Shown: positions 45,744 through 57,196 of the stretch, in pieces | Position numbering within the stretch: position 1 is the stretch's first letter | Layout: each line of letters opens with the position of its first letter | Assembly (NCBI GenBank): GCA_964482725.1 | Contig: CAYZYT010000001.1 | Location: 4,632 to 68,631 of the forward strand | Source of the DNA: an uncultured bacterium | Lineage (GTDB): Bacteria > Omnitrophota > Omnitrophia > Omnitrophales > Aquincolibacteriaceae | Direction: 5' to 3' | DNA: 64,000 bases | Position numbers and translations under genes: made by a program | Notes under the pieces: generated by a model | Database searches by the model: none | The model's input: the letters and a program-made list of their open reading frames with translations, nothing else | Told to the model about the DNA's origin: nothing

Positions 45744-47264
45744 TCAGTATTGAAGAAAAATTTTTCTTAAAAATTTCAGAAGGGGCCCTTCGATATAAAA
45801 ATTGAATTGGTTATTTTCAATCCGCCAACTGCAGACGCGCCACAAACAATTTTTAAAAAGACCCACCAGAGATATCGTTTTCTGCGCCCCATACATCCCC
45901 ATGCCGGAGTGGGCCAGAAATTGGCTCGAGCTCACCACTTTATATACGTTCTCGGCATCGTCTACGTTTAACGATTTGATTTTTTCGACGGACTGAAACC
46001 TGAAGACATCGTCTGGGATATTTTCAGGCTCTTGGAACTTAGAAAAATCTGTTTCCCAGAGAGAACCCGGATAGGGTCTGTACGTTTGAAAAAACGGAAC
46101 GTTCGCATAGGGGCCCATTTCATATATTTTTTTGATAAGACGCCCTGTTTCAAGCATCTCCGCCGGTGTTTCCCCCGGCCAACACATAACAAATGAGAAG
46201 GAGAGCGTGACATGCGCCTTATTACAATACTCAACTGCCCGAAGAATATCTTCACGGACAATTCCCTTGTTAAGGATTTTCAGCAACCGGTCACTCCCGC
46301 TCTCTCCCCCGACGCCAAACCCATCGCCACCACAAGCCTTGATTCTTTTTAAGACCCCCACGTTTATATAATCATCCCTTATGTCAGAAACCCGGATCGT
46401 AGCATTCCATGCGATTTTGCCGTAAAGATCGTCATCGCCTTCAATGAGACTCAGTAAATCGAATGTCCTTACTTTGTCCGAAAAAAAGTGCTCTTCCTGG
46501 AAGTTGAAAAAAGTGATGTCGTATTTTTGTTTTAAATCCTTAATTTCTTCGTAGATAGACCTTGCCGGCCGAGGACGATAGCGTCTCTCGGTTATGACAT
46601 TGATGCAGAAAGAACATCGAAAACGGCACCCGAGACCGGTAAGAATGGAAAAGCCTCGGCGCTCCTTGCCATCGATCTTTATATTTAATACATATTTGTT
46701 AATGCTCTCCCTATAAAAAACATCGTCGATCCTATCGGGCAATTTCTCAAAGGGCGTTAATGGCGCTCTGGACGTCCTCAAGAGGGAACCGTCTTTATTT
46801 TTTGCGCAAATATTAGGCACGCGTCCAATTTCAGTCCTGTTATTCAAATAATCCATCAACGGGACTAAGGAAGCGTCCGCTTCATTGAGAACACAGAGAT
46901 CCACCCAGGGCGTCCGCACAAGACTCTCCGGCATCAATGTCGGGTGGACACCCCCAAAAACGATGGGGGTTTCAGGGAATCTTTTCTTTATTGTTTTAGA
47001 TAAGGTGATCGCTGAATATATCTGCGACGACATGCAGCTGAATCCAACAAAAGCAATGTCCTTACGTTCCAATTCAGAAAGAACCCTGTCCTCCCACCTC
47101 GGGTCCACATTAGCGTTTATGATGGATGCGGAGTAACCCTTCTTCAAAAGAATGGTCCCGATCAAGCCAAGCCCAAGGGGGAAATCTTTTTGTTGGATAC
47201 TCCGGACGCATGTCCCGTCTTTCAACTTAAACGAAGGATTGATTAAAATGGCGTGTGATTTCAT
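45744..47264 (-). CDS. B12-binding radical SAM protein (AT-rich)
   Basis: PLGLGLI, GGVHPT, CRFRCSFC, GGESGS. Confidence 0.9.
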   Translation of the reverse strand: MKSHAILINPSFKLKDGTCVRSIQQKDFPLGLGLIGTILLKKGYSASIINANVDPRWEDRVLSELERKDIAFVGFSCMSSQIYSAITLSKTIKKRFPETPIVFGGVHPTLMPESLVRTPWVDLCVLNEADASLVPLMDYLNNRTEIGRVPNICAKNKDGSLLRTSRAPLTPFEKLPDRIDDVFYRESINKYVLNIKIDGKERRGFSILTGLGCRFRCSFCINVITERRYRPRPARSIYEEIKDLKQKYDITFFNFQEEHFFSDKVRTFDLLSLIEGDDDLYGKIAWNATIRVSDIRDDYINVGVLKRIKACGGDGFGVGGESGSDRLLKILNKGIVREDILRAVEYCNKAHVTLSFSFVMCWPGETPAEMLETGRLIKKIYEMGPYANVPFFQTYRPYPGSLWETDFSKFQEPENIPDDVFRFQSVEKIKSLNVDDAENVYKVVSSSQFLAHSGMGMYGAQKTISLVGLFKNCLWRVCSWRIENNQFNFYIEGPLLKFLRKIFLQY

Positions 47265-47300
47265 AACTCTCAGTTTTAAGAAGATCTTTTTAAGAACACA

Positions 47301-48224
47301 CTATTCGTTTCGGCTGGGGCTAATAATTCCCTTCAGGAATCCAAAATGCCACTGAATAAAAGCTACGATCGAGAGAAATACTTTTGTTACGTCGAAGGAA
47401 AGCCGGCACAGCGTCCCGGCCGCGAGGAGCGCCATGGCGATCAGCGCAGGAACCGGAAAAAAGAAAAGACCGAAAAGGCCCAGAAAGGTTACAAGCGGAA
47501 GCCACTGCACCGGACGAAAGGCCCCGTGCATCCGCACGAGCTTCCCCTGCGCCCAGCCGTAACGGAACATCATCCGGCTAAATCCTTGCACCGTCCGGGT
47601 CCGGTAATGGTAGACCACGGCCTGCGGATTCATCATCAGTTCCCATTTCTTTTGCCGGATCCTGTGATCCAGCTCAAGATCCTCCCCAGGCCAAAAATCT
47701 TCCAGGAATCCGCAGAACGCGTCGTAGACACTTCTGCGATACATAACATTGCAGCTCGCGTTATGATTCACCTCACGAAGAGCTCTCGCCGTCTGCATAT
47801 AGTTGGTCATAAAGCCAAAAGCCTGGAGGAGCTGCTGGACCTTTCGAGCGAACGGGACTTCATCCGCAGGACTTTTTTGAATACCGCCGACCCCCGCGAC
47901 ATTCTCACCCACAAAACCTTTCAAGAGTTCTTTGATCCAATCCTGCGGCACGACACAATCCGCATCGGTAAAGGCAACGAAATCGCCGTGGGCCTGCATC
48001 ACGGCCCGGTTTCGCGCTACGGAAGGTCCTTCGCCATTCATACGGAACACTTTAACACCCGCATGGTCCGCAGCAATTCGCCCCGTCTGATCCTCAGATC
48101 CGTCATCAACCACGATCACTTCGTAATAGGGATAATCCAGCCGGGACACCGAATCCAGACATGGAGCGATCGTCCTTTCGGCATTCTTAGCGGCAATAAT
48201 GACGGAGATGCAAGGATCACTCAT
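47301..48224 (-). CDS. Glycosyltransferase family 2 with C-terminal TMs
   Basis: VVDDGSED, FTDADC, GEDLEL. Confidence 0.92.
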   Translation of the reverse strand: MSDPCISVIIAAKNAERTIAPCLDSVSRLDYPYYEVIVVDDGSEDQTGRIAADHAGVKVFRMNGEGPSVARNRAVMQAHGDFVAFTDADCVVPQDWIKELLKGFVGENVAGVGGIQKSPADEVPFARKVQQLLQAFGFMTNYMQTARALREVNHNASCNVMYRRSVYDAFCGFLEDFWPGEDLELDHRIRQKKWELMMNPQAVVYHYRTRTVQGFSRMMFRYGWAQGKLVRMHGAFRPVQWLPLVTFLGLFGLFFFPVPALIAMALLAAGTLCRLSFDVTKVFLSIVAFIQWHFGFLKGIISPSRNE

Positions 48225-49651
48225 CGGGAGATCAGATAAGAAAAAAAGTTGAACCCGCCGCGAAGTTTCCGGTACAGGTCAAAAATATTTTTATTATCGA
48301 AAAGGAATTTCAGGATAAATCCGGGACGCAAATAAAACCTCTTGAGGCCCGCATCCACCAAGGCATTGATCTCTTGGATCGTGATATCCGGATAATCCAC
48401 CACCGCGCCCTGTTCTCCGCCATCCAACCAGTCTTCCCAGGCCTTCGCTTTGAGCAGGCCCTTACTTTTACAATAATCAAAATATTCGGAACCCGGCAAC
48501 GGAGAAGCGGCCGAGAACTGGAGCGTATCGAGGCCCAGCCCCAGAGCGAATTCGATCGTCTTCTTTGCCGTCTCCCTTGTTTCCCCAGGCAATCCCAACA
48601 CAAAGCAACCGTGGATATCGATCCTGGCTTTTTTGGCAGCACGGACAAAATCCAGCGCCTGCGCTACCTTCAGAGATTTTTTGACATTATCCAGAATATC
48701 CTGATCCCCGGACTCAAAGCCCACCAGGAACTGCCGGCACCCGGCCTTTTTCATTTCCGCAAACAGTTCTGCGTTACAAATGTCCGGGCGCGCATTGACC
48801 GACCAGTTTATCTTGAGACCGCGCCGGAGGATCTCCTGGCAAATCTCAAGCGCCCGTATTCTGTTCACCGTGAACGTATCATCCTCGAAAAAAAATTCGC
48901 CGCGCTTCAACTTCGGGAAAAGCCGGAGATCATGCTCGATCTCATCGACGATATTCTGAGGAGACCGGAACCGGTACTGATGCCCGAACATCAACTGCGG
49001 CCACTGGCAAAAGGTGCAACGGAACGGACAGCCCCGGCCGCCGATGATATTGATATGAGGATAAAGCCTTCCCGCATCAAAATATTTCATGATATCCAGA
49101 AATTCCCACGCAGGAAAAGGCAGGGCATCCAGATCTTGAATGAAAGGCCGGTGGGGCGTGAGTTTTGGCTTGCCGTTCTCTAGGTAACAGATCCCCGTCA
49201 CGCGCGAAAGATCGTTTTGATTCTCAAGAATATCCTTGATCGTCTCGTCGAACTCTCCGAGAGCGATCACATCGATACTGCCCCGCGCCACGCTCAAGGT
49301 TTCTTCGGGCAAAGCGCTCGCATGCGTCCCGACCATGATCACCTGAGTGGCGCTTTCTTCCTTACAGATCCGGGCGCATTGAATATCGGAGGTGATCGAC
49401 GGCGTGGTGGAATCCAGAACGACGAAATCCGGTTTTTTCTCGCGGATCACTTCCCGGAGCTTTTCCTTATCCCAGCCCTTCGCGACAAAATCATAGAGCT
49501 CGACCTCACACCCTGCCTTTTTCAATACCGCGGCTGCGTAGCAAAGCCAGTCCGGCGGCCGGATCGCCCGTCCTCTTGTACGCGCCGGCCATCGCTGGCA
49601 ACGGCAGTAATCCCGGATGAATGGCGGATTAATAATGAGAGTTTTCATCAT
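48221..49651 (-). CDS. B12-binding radical SAM protein
   Basis: PPDWL, GTHASA, RGCPFRCTFC, FEDDTF, GFESG, GLPGET. Confidence 0.92.
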   Translation of the reverse strand: MMKTLIINPPFIRDYCRCQRWPARTRGRAIRPPDWLCYAAAVLKKAGCEVELYDFVAKGWDKEKLREVIREKKPDFVVLDSTTPSITSDIQCARICKEESATQVIMVGTHASALPEETLSVARGSIDVIALGEFDETIKDILENQNDLSRVTGICYLENGKPKLTPHRPFIQDLDALPFPAWEFLDIMKYFDAGRLYPHINIIGGRGCPFRCTFCQWPQLMFGHQYRFRSPQNIVDEIEHDLRLFPKLKRGEFFFEDDTFTVNRIRALEICQEILRRGLKINWSVNARPDICNAELFAEMKKAGCRQFLVGFESGDQDILDNVKKSLKVAQALDFVRAAKKARIDIHGCFVLGLPGETRETAKKTIEFALGLGLDTLQFSAASPLPGSEYFDYCKSKGLLKAKAWEDWLDGGEQGAVVDYPDITIQEINALVDAGLKRFYLRPGFILKFLFDNKNIFDLYRKLRGGFNFFSYLISR

Positions 49652-51274
49652 TCACTCTTCGGCTATGAGATAGGAAACAGGCTCTTTCAACATTGGATAA
49701 ACCTTGCCCAACCGCAAGGGCCTTGTCTTCAGGAACTTTTCCACGTTCAAGGAACCGCCCTTTTTCAGGATCAGCGCCCAGGGGATAAACCCTTCCTGCC
49801 CATCGGAGGTAAATCCCATATGCACCATGTGGTAGTTCGATTCAACATACTTTTTTATTTCCGGCGACATCGTCTGGAAATACGGAAATGAAAAGACACT
49901 CAAGTATTCTATGCCTAATTCTTTTTCTTTGCGCTTAAAATCATCCAGGTCGATAGGCCAGCCGCAGCGCCGGTCGGCATAAGTACAAACCCCGTAACCC
50001 TGACTCCACGTATAATGAAAGAAAGGCTTCCCCGCCGAGACATGTTTTCTCAGATAATCTCCCGCCACGTCCTGGCCAAACAGCACATAATCATACTGAC
50101 GCATCGTGGCAGCATAAACATCCGGCAGGGAGATAAGCAAGAAACCTACCAGCAGGATAGACCCGGCTCGGCTCCGAAAGATCTTATTCAAAAAAAGAGA
50201 GACCTCCCAAAGAAAACAAGCGGAACACAAAGCCACTACGAATAAGAACGGCATCTGATAATAGTTGTGTTGGTTCATGTAGTCAGAGAATACAACGCTA
50301 TAGACCAAGATCCCCAGCAGCCATCCCAAAACAGTCTTTCGCAACAAGGGACTCGTCTTTGACACAAAAACCAAGACAACGCCTCCCAGCGCAGCCCCCA
50401 CGTAAAATCCCGTGAAGTTTTCTTGAAAAACATAACTGTAGAGCCTGGGGCCAAAATCATGCCAATAGGGCATTCCGAAAAACTGCATCAGTTTTGTCCT
50501 GCCCTCGAGCCCTCCGAAAATCATTTCTTTGGGACACAACCCAAGGATCACTCCCAAAGGGATAAGGGCAAAAAAGCTATGACGGAGGGCGCCCCAGAAA
50601 GAATACTTCCGGATAATTTCCTTATAAGGGACGATCAGCAACAAAGGTATCACCAAAACAAGAAAAGTCAGTTTACACAAAACGATCGCCGCCATGGCCA
50701 GGGCGCCGTAGAATAAAAATCTGAAATTCAAACTACGGGAAAACTGCAACCCGTAGAAGATGGCGATCAGCATAAATAAAAACGCCGGGCTCTCCGGCTG
50801 AAGATTTCTCGAAAAAAAATTCCCTAAGGGCAAGAAGCTCAGAATCAGCGTCGCCAAAATACCGATCGCCGGAGTTTGCGTCAAAGCAGTGCTTATGCGG
50901 AACATAAACAGCAAGGAGAGCAGAAAGTAAAAAACATTGATCCATCGTGAAGCCGCTAGAAAATACCCGTCCCCCAACAGCTTATAGCAAAAAGCGGTTT
51001 GCCAAGCGGTGAAATAACCTACGGGAGGAATCGATGCCCCGGACGGAGAGGGGCTAAGTCCATGATAGAAATCAATTTGCCGCGCGAGATAATCATCCGC
51101 TTTCACCATATTTCGCGCCATGCTGATAAATTCGTTTTCCTTCATGTTGTGATAACCCAGGGCAGGAAAATCGATGTGATAGAAGCGAATAGCCAATGCA
51201 AAAACAAGGATCCCGGCAAGGATCCAAAGAGTTTTTCGTGCGATCGGCCGTTCGGGGAGCAACCCTGCGTTCAT
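49652..51274 (-). CDS. GT-C (ArnT/PMT_2-like) membrane glycosyltransferase
   Basis: Multi-TM; YHNMKENE, FFSRNLQPE, HNYYQMPF; ATGA overlap with the upstream gene. Confidence 0.82.
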   Translation of the reverse strand: MNAGLLPERPIARKTLWILAGILVFALAIRFYHIDFPALGYHNMKENEFISMARNMVKADDYLARQIDFYHGLSPSPSGASIPPVGYFTAWQTAFCYKLLGDGYFLAASRWINVFYFLLSLLFMFRISTALTQTPAIGILATLILSFLPLGNFFSRNLQPESPAFLFMLIAIFYGLQFSRSLNFRFLFYGALAMAAIVLCKLTFLVLVIPLLLIVPYKEIIRKYSFWGALRHSFFALIPLGVILGLCPKEMIFGGLEGRTKLMQFFGMPYWHDFGPRLYSYVFQENFTGFYVGAALGGVVLVFVSKTSPLLRKTVLGWLLGILVYSVVFSDYMNQHNYYQMPFLFVVALCSACFLWEVSLFLNKIFRSRAGSILLVGFLLISLPDVYAATMRQYDYVLFGQDVAGDYLRKHVSAGKPFFHYTWSQGYGVCTYADRRCGWPIDLDDFKRKEKELGIEYLSVFSFPYFQTMSPEIKKYVESNYHMVHMGFTSDGQEGFIPWALILKKGGSLNVEKFLKTRPLRLGKVYPMLKEPVSYLIAEE

Positions 51275-52458
51275 CTTCGAATCGCGAGAAGGCTGAGAAA
51301 GAAAGAGGAGAAGATGGTCTGGAGGCCCAGGATCATGAAGATCATCGCGGCCACGGATTCGCGGATACGGTAAAGGGCTCCGAAAGAATTCTGCCACCAT
51401 TCCACGAAAATGCTTGTGTTAAGCGCTAACCCCAAAAAGAACAAGGCCGCGCCGGCCAAAAGTCCGATCTCCAGTTTAAAATATTTGGCAAACCAGTGAA
51501 GCGCGGGCTCCTCATCCAAATACCCCTGTTTGATCGCGAAAAGTTTCGCATAAAGTCCCGTGTTGATGATCTGGTATCCCAGAACGCCCAGAAAAGCGGC
51601 CAGGATGAACATATGAATATCCCACGCATGCCCCAAAAAATTCACCGGTCCGCTCATCAGAAGAAGCATGACCAGGAACCCGAAACCGCTGAGCACCGCC
51701 CCGGGGACCATGTAAAGCCACGTCGGGCAAAAGAGAAGCATGAAGCGGAGATGCCGCCAGGCGTCCTTCACCGGGCTTAGCTTCGAGATTCCTTTGCGCT
51801 TGGAATAATCGATCGGGACTTCGAGGATCTTCAGTTTTTTAAGAAGGGCCTCCATGACCATCTCGGAGGCGAATTCCATGCCGAGGCAATGCAAATTCAG
51901 TTTTTGATAAGCCTTTTGGGTAAAACTACGCATCCCACAATGAATGTCCGAAAGCCCCGTTCGAAAAAAAAGCCGGTAAAGTCCGGTCAAAAAGGGATTC
52001 CCAAGATAACGGTTCGCCCACGGCATGGCCCCTTTTTGGATCTTCCCCTTGAACCGGGACCCCATCACAAAATCGCACCCTTTTTTCAGCGGCTCCAGGA
52101 ACAGCTCCAGGCGGCTAAAATCGTAGGTATCATCGCCGTCGCCCATGACAAGATATTTCCCCCGGGCTTCCTTAAAACCGCGAAGATAGGCCGAGCCGTA
52201 CCCAGGCACAGATTCCACAACCACGCGTGCCCCGGCGGCTGCAGCATTCTGGAAGGAGTGGTCCGTGGAACCATTATCCACCACGATCACTTCACCGCTC
52301 ACCCGGTTCTCTGTAAAAAACCGGAGGGCCTTCCCGACGCAACCCGCGATCGTCAGTTCTTCATTCAAGCACGGAATGACCACGGACACTTCTATTTCAT
52401 TCTCACCCACGAGGATCTCCCCAGAGGATCTCAAAAACGTAGATCTTTTCTTTATCAT
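51271..52458 (-). CDS. GT2 polyprenyl-phosphate glycosyltransferase (DPM1-like) with C-terminal TMs
   Basis: VSVVIPCLNEE, VDNGSTD, GYGSA, MGDGDDTY, SDIHCGMR. Confidence 0.9.
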   Translation of the reverse strand: MIKKRSTFLRSSGEILVGENEIEVSVVIPCLNEELTIAGCVGKALRFFTENRVSGEVIVVDNGSTDHSFQNAAAAGARVVVESVPGYGSAYLRGFKEARGKYLVMGDGDDTYDFSRLELFLEPLKKGCDFVMGSRFKGKIQKGAMPWANRYLGNPFLTGLYRLFFRTGLSDIHCGMRSFTQKAYQKLNLHCLGMEFASEMVMEALLKKLKILEVPIDYSKRKGISKLSPVKDAWRHLRFMLLFCPTWLYMVPGAVLSGFGFLVMLLLMSGPVNFLGHAWDIHMFILAAFLGVLGYQIINTGLYAKLFAIKQGYLDEEPALHWFAKYFKLEIGLLAGAALFFLGLALNTSIFVEWWQNSFGALYRIRESVAAMIFMILGLQTIFSSFFLSLLAIRR

Positions 52459-55009
52459 CCGAATAAAAAGGCTTGAAGCTTTTCATCCCTTGACCGCCAA
52501 GGAAATACAGCTTCACGAAAAGGGATTCCGCCAATTCGTCGCTGCCGATGAGCGCCTGGTACTCTCCCCCATTCCGAACGATCACGATCGTTTTCACATA
52601 ATCGCCTTTTTCGTTCACGATCTCCCGCTTCTTTCCATTTTCATAAAGAACGGCTTTTTTGGGAATCCGGTATTTTCCATCCAGGGAAGAATAAAACAGG
52701 ATGTCCCGGGAGCCCGTGTTGTAGACCACCCCGTTATCAAAATAAAGCAGTTGCCCGGCTTCTTTACCGGAAGCGGGAACCGAGGCAAACGTGTAGCGGC
52801 AGGATAACCCGTCATTCTTCCCGCGATCTTCGATCCCCGTCATGGCCGTCTGATAACTTTTCAGGGCCTCGTCCGGGGACAAACCAAAAATCGTCCGGAG
52901 TCCCGCCAGAACCTCGCCTTCCGGCTTGTGACGGTTCGCCGAAACAAATACCGCCCGAAAATCCCAACTTCCCAAAAAGGAAATGCTGGACATCTTCTCA
53001 AGCATGGATCCTTCCACGATAAAATAAGCCGGCGCGGGCCGTTGATACAAATGATCCAAAATTTTTGCTGCCGCCGCGAGCGGGACTTTTTTCTGGGCTA
53101 AAAACGCCTCGCCTTTTTTCCGGTCCAACCCCAAAAGATCTTCTAAGGCTTGCCGGCACTGAAACGGGTCGGGGATATATTTCTGCAATTCGTAATAGGT
53201 GACGCTCGAATTGTTGTTCAACATGCGAAGGATCGCGACCGCTTTGTTCTCGTCTTTTTCGATCAAGGCCCGCGCCATCCAATAACAAAGCTGCGCGTTC
53301 TGGGTTTGGCCGTCAAAGATCACACGCCTTTTCCCGTAATACTTGAACCAACTGCCGTTATCCCACCAGGAATTGAGGATGGCTTCTTTCGGAGCCTTCT
53401 GGTCAACGTAGGTTAGGGCTTTATACCAGCCTTCATGCATCATGGGCCGGATCTCGAGAGCTTTGGTCCAGCCGGTTAAAAAAATAGCTTGGACCCATAA
53501 TCCCAGACACAACAAAAACAAGGCAAGCCCGGCAAAGCGCATCAGTCCATTTTTGATCCTGAAAATGAGCGCTGGGATGGCCTCTCCGACAAAAACCCCA
53601 AAGAATAAGGCCAGCGGCAGGGAAAGATAGATCGCAAACCGGTTCCCTTTCAGAGAGGCCGCCAGCATGAAGAGAAACCAGCACGCCATCATGATCACGG
53701 GCTCCCTCCGCTCGCCGCGCCATTCTCTTAGAATCACCACGATCCCGCCAAGAAGCGATAATAGAAAAATGACTTTCCCGTAGAAAAGTGAAGCCATCGT
53801 CTTGAATGTAAGCGGCATCAGCTCGATGACCGTATAGTAGGGATTCGGCCAGATATCCTGAACTCCGGAAGAAGTGCCCGACAAAGCGGACCCGATCCGG
53901 AGGACGTCTCTCACCCAAATAATTTGATCAAGCATATGCGGGCCGATCAGCCAGTACACGAACACTGCGCTGGTTACATAAAAAACCGTCGCTGATAAAA
54001 ACAACGGAACGATCTTTCCGCGGCAATGTTCCCATCGCCTGGGTCTCTCAGCCAGGTCCCCGAGGATCACTGCCACGAAAAAGCCTGCGCTCACCACAAC
54101 CATAAACCACCAGCCGGACCACGTGATGGCATAAAGGCCTTGAAAAAAACCGGCCAGCAGGGAGAGAAGGATCGTTCTCCGTAGATTGCCCCTTGGGCCC
54201 ACCGCTTCCAAAAGCGTCCAGGTCACCGCCAGGGCGAGGATCAGACTGAGCATGTCAAAGTCGTACCAGCCCGCACAACTGCGGCTGATACACATTCCCG
54301 TCAATCCAACGAAAAAAGTACTTAGGAACGCGGATAATCTTGAGAACCAGCGAACCATAAAAGCATAAAAAAGAATCAGGAAAACCGCCGCGTAAAATAC
54401 GGGGATATAGAAAAGGAAGGTATCCAGCGGCATCGGGGTCAAAAGACTGAACCCCATGAAAAGAAATGCGGAAAGATAGAACAGGAGCCGGAAATAAAAA
54501 ACTTCCGCCCCTTGGGGGGCCAACATTAAACTGTCACGGCTTTTCCCATCGATCTTTTGATCTCCGGGATGGCCGTTCTTAATGATGTTCCGGGTCCAGA
54601 TCGCCCAGCTAAAAGGATCGTATTCCATAAAAAACGTCTGGCCACGGAAGTCTTGATAGCGGCCTTTCAACTGGCTGTATTCTTTTTCGACAGCTTTACT
54701 GAACCCCGCCTTATCCAGGAGGATCTCCTGACTTACGGCTTCGAGCCCCTGACGGGCTTGCGTCTTCGTCCCGTTGAAAGTCCCCCCGGGAATTTTCTGA
54801 AGATGCTGGTCGACGATATTGAGAACGGCTTCATTTTTCAATTGGGGGAAATAGCCCGGAAAAACTCGAACGGTGATATTCACGCCAAGGCAGATGGCAA
54901 GGAGAAGACCCCCGATAAGCGCACTGGAGCCAAGATCCGAGACGTCGATGGAAGAGAAAAAAGTCTCTGCCGACTGAACCCACTTCTTTGCCCGCGAAGC
55001 AGGGCTCAT
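52403..55009 (-). CDS. STT3-family oligosaccharyltransferase (AglB/PglB-like)
   Basis: EYDP, GWYDFD (DxD), TVIEL (TIxE-like), SWWDNG, FDGQTQN; about 13 TMs. Confidence 0.88.
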   Translation of the reverse strand: MSPASRAKKWVQSAETFFSSIDVSDLGSSALIGGLLLAICLGVNITVRVFPGYFPQLKNEAVLNIVDQHLQKIPGGTFNGTKTQARQGLEAVSQEILLDKAGFSKAVEKEYSQLKGRYQDFRGQTFFMEYDPFSWAIWTRNIIKNGHPGDQKIDGKSRDSLMLAPQGAEVFYFRLLFYLSAFLFMGFSLLTPMPLDTFLFYIPVFYAAVFLILFYAFMVRWFSRLSAFLSTFFVGLTGMCISRSCAGWYDFDMLSLILALAVTWTLLEAVGPRGNLRRTILLSLLAGFFQGLYAITWSGWWFMVVVSAGFFVAVILGDLAERPRRWEHCRGKIVPLFLSATVFYVTSAVFVYWLIGPHMLDQIIWVRDVLRIGSALSGTSSGVQDIWPNPYYTVIELMPLTFKTMASLFYGKVIFLLSLLGGIVVILREWRGERREPVIMMACWFLFMLAASLKGNRFAIYLSLPLALFFGVFVGEAIPALIFRIKNGLMRFAGLALFLLCLGLWVQAIFLTGWTKALEIRPMMHEGWYKALTYVDQKAPKEAILNSWWDNGSWFKYYGKRRVIFDGQTQNAQLCYWMARALIEKDENKAVAILRMLNNNSSVTYYELQKYIPDPFQCRQALEDLLGLDRKKGEAFLAQKKVPLAAAAKILDHLYQRPAPAYFIVEGSMLEKMSSISFLGSWDFRAVFVSANRHKPEGEVLAGLRTIFGLSPDEALKSYQTAMTGIEDRGKNDGLSCRYTFASVPASGKEAGQLLYFDNGVVYNTGSRDILFYSSLDGKYRIPKKAVLYENGKKREIVNEKGDYVKTIVIVRNGGEYQALIGSDELAESLFVKLYFLGGQGMKSFKPFYSDDKEKIYVFEILWGDPRG

Positions 55010-55641
55010 GGCATTCTTTCGATGCGTTTCTTTTCAAAAGCGGCAATCGCCGATTCTTCTTTGAGGGTGATGCCGATATCATCGAGCCCAAGAAGGAACC
55101 GTTCTTTAACCGAGGGATCGATCTCGAAACGGAAAACGATCTCGGGGGAAGCATGAAAGATCACCGTCTGGTCAGCCAAATGGACGGTCGCTTGCAACCC
55201 AGGCGTTTGGCGCGCCGCCCGAAAGATCTTCTCGACATCCGTTTCAGAAAGCTCCAGGGTCAGAAGACCATTTTTCACACTATTATGTTTAAAAATGTCG
55301 GCAAATCCCGGGATGCGGTTCTTCCCCTCCCCGGACCATGGGGCAATGACCACACGGAATCCATACTGACAGATCGCCCAAACCGCGTGCTCACGACTGG
55401 AGCCACATCCAAAATTGTTGCGGGCGACCAAAATGGTCGCACCCTGATACTCTTCCCGGTTCAGGATGAATCCCGGGTTGTTTTTTTCACCCGGGAGATA
55501 CCGCCAATCATAAAAGAGAGACTCCCCGAACCCCGTACGGGCAATGGATTTCAGGAATTGCTTCGGAATGATCGCATCGGTATCCACATTGGCCCGATCC
55601 AGCGGAAGGACCACGCCTCTAAAATCCTCAAACGCCTTCAT
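55006..55641 (-). CDS. leuD: 3-isopropylmalate dehydratase small subunit
   Basis: [29 protein letters not shown]. Confidence 0.96.
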   Translation of the reverse strand: MKAFEDFRGVVLPLDRANVDTDAIIPKQFLKSIARTGFGESLFYDWRYLPGEKNNPGFILNREEYQGATILVARNNFGCGSSREHAVWAICQYGFRVVIAPWSGEGKNRIPGFADIFKHNSVKNGLLTLELSETDVEKIFRAARQTPGLQATVHLADQTVIFHASPEIVFRFEIDPSVKERFLLGLDDIGITLKEESAIAAFEKKRIERMP

Positions 55642-57056
55642 GGTAGAACCTCTGGCCATTTTCGAATGTCCACAAAATGCCCGGCTAGGGCGGCGGCGGC
55701 CGCCATTTCAGCACCCACAAGATGCGTTCGCCCATCCTTCCCCTGACGCCCTTCAAAATTACGGTTGGAAGTCGCGGCGCAACGTTCCTGAGGTTTCAAC
55801 TGGTCGGGATTCATCGCCAGGCACATACTGCACCCGGATTCGCGCCACTCACATCCCGAGTTCAAAAAGATCCTATCGAGCCCTTCGGCCTCGGCTTGTT
55901 TTTTCACCTGCTGGGAACCCGGCACCACAAGCACCCGAACCCCTGAGGCAACTTGGTGACCCCTGAAATATTGTGCCGCGATGCGCAGATCTTCGATACG
56001 CCCGTTCGTGCAGCTCCCAATAAAAACCGTATCGATCTTGATGTCCGTGATCGGCATTCCGGGTTTCAGCCCCATATATCGCAGGGCCTGCTCCACATCC
56101 GCTTTGGCATAACCCGGGACTTCCCCCGGCTCCGGCACGCATCCATCCACGTCCACAACCATTCCGGGGCTGGTTCCCCAAGTCACTTGAGGTGCGATCT
56201 TGGTCGCATCGATCGTAAGCTCTTTATCAAACTTTGCTCCCGGGTCCGTCGGCAACGTCTTCCAATAAGCGATCGCCTCTTCGAGGGCTTTCCCCTTCGG
56301 CGCGTAGGGACGGTCTCCTTGCGCAATATACTGGAACGTCGTTTCATCCGGAGCGATCATCCCCGCGCGGGCACCGGCCTCGATCGCCATGTTACAAACG
56401 GTTAAACGCCCTTCCATCGAAAGAGCACGGATCGCTTCCCCGCAAAACTCGATCGCGCAACCCGTTGCGCCTGCAGTCCCGATCATCCCGATCAATTTAA
56501 GGACCATGTCCTTTGCGGACACCGGTTCCGTGATTCGTCCTGTAAATTCCACTTTGAAAGTTTTTGGTTTTTTCTGGAGAAGACACTGGGTTGCGAGGAC
56601 GTGCTCCACTTCGGAAGTACCGATCCCGAACGCAAGCGCGCCAAAGGCACCATGGGTGGCCGTATGGGAATCTCCGCAGACAATGGTCGTTCCTGGAAGT
56701 GTGATCCCGAGTTCGGGGCCCACAATATGCACCACACCCTGCCTGTCGCTGTGAAGGTCATAGAGCGTGACACCGAATTCTTTGCAATTTCTGGAAAGCG
56801 CGTCGAGCGACGCCTTCGCGATCATGTCTTTGATGTTGAAACGATCCCTGCTGTCGGTGGGAACATTGTGATCCATCGTAGCGAATGTCAATTCCGGATG
56901 ACGGACTTTGCGACCCGAAAGGCGGAGCCCCTCAAAGGCCTGGGGGCTCGTGACTTCATGGACCAGCTGCCGGTCAATGTAAAGAAGTGCCGTTCCGTCC
57001 GGGAACGTCTTCACCACATGAGAATTCCATATTTTTTCGAAGAGTGTTTTAGACAT
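55638..57056 (-). CDS. leuC: 3-isopropylmalate dehydratase large subunit
   Basis: [48 protein letters not shown]. Confidence 0.98.
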   Translation of the reverse strand: MSKTLFEKIWNSHVVKTFPDGTALLYIDRQLVHEVTSPQAFEGLRLSGRKVRHPELTFATMDHNVPTDSRDRFNIKDMIAKASLDALSRNCKEFGVTLYDLHSDRQGVVHIVGPELGITLPGTTIVCGDSHTATHGAFGALAFGIGTSEVEHVLATQCLLQKKPKTFKVEFTGRITEPVSAKDMVLKLIGMIGTAGATGCAIEFCGEAIRALSMEGRLTVCNMAIEAGARAGMIAPDETTFQYIAQGDRPYAPKGKALEEAIAYWKTLPTDPGAKFDKELTIDATKIAPQVTWGTSPGMVVDVDGCVPEPGEVPGYAKADVEQALRYMGLKPGMPITDIKIDTVFIGSCTNGRIEDLRIAAQYFRGHQVASGVRVLVVPGSQQVKKQAEAEGLDRIFLNSGCEWRESGCSMCLAMNPDQLKPQERCAATSNRNFEGRQGKDGRTHLVGAEMAAAAALAGHFVDIRKWPEVLP

Positions 57057-57066
57057 AAGTCTTATA

Positions 57067-57094
57067 ATTATATGAATTTACGACCAATGCGCAA
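57067..57094 (-). promoter_or_regulatory. Probable leuCD promoter with a very short leader
   Basis: TTGCGC-16-TATAAT; ATG 10 nt downstream. Confidence 0.45.
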
Positions 57095-57115
57095 GGATAA
57101 CAAAACCTGGGAAAT

Positions 57116-57191
57116 GAATGACGGAGGGTGGATCGCGGCAAACTAAAAAAACAAAGTTTTAGCGCCCTCCGCCTTCCTCCATCCTCCCTCC
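57116..57191. repeat. Heptamer-period inverted-arm element, GGA/TCC type
   Basis: GAATGAC GGAGGGT GGATCGC ... GCCCTCC GCCTTCC TCCATCC TCCCTCC. Confidence 0.7.
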
Positions 57192-57196
57192 GGTTC

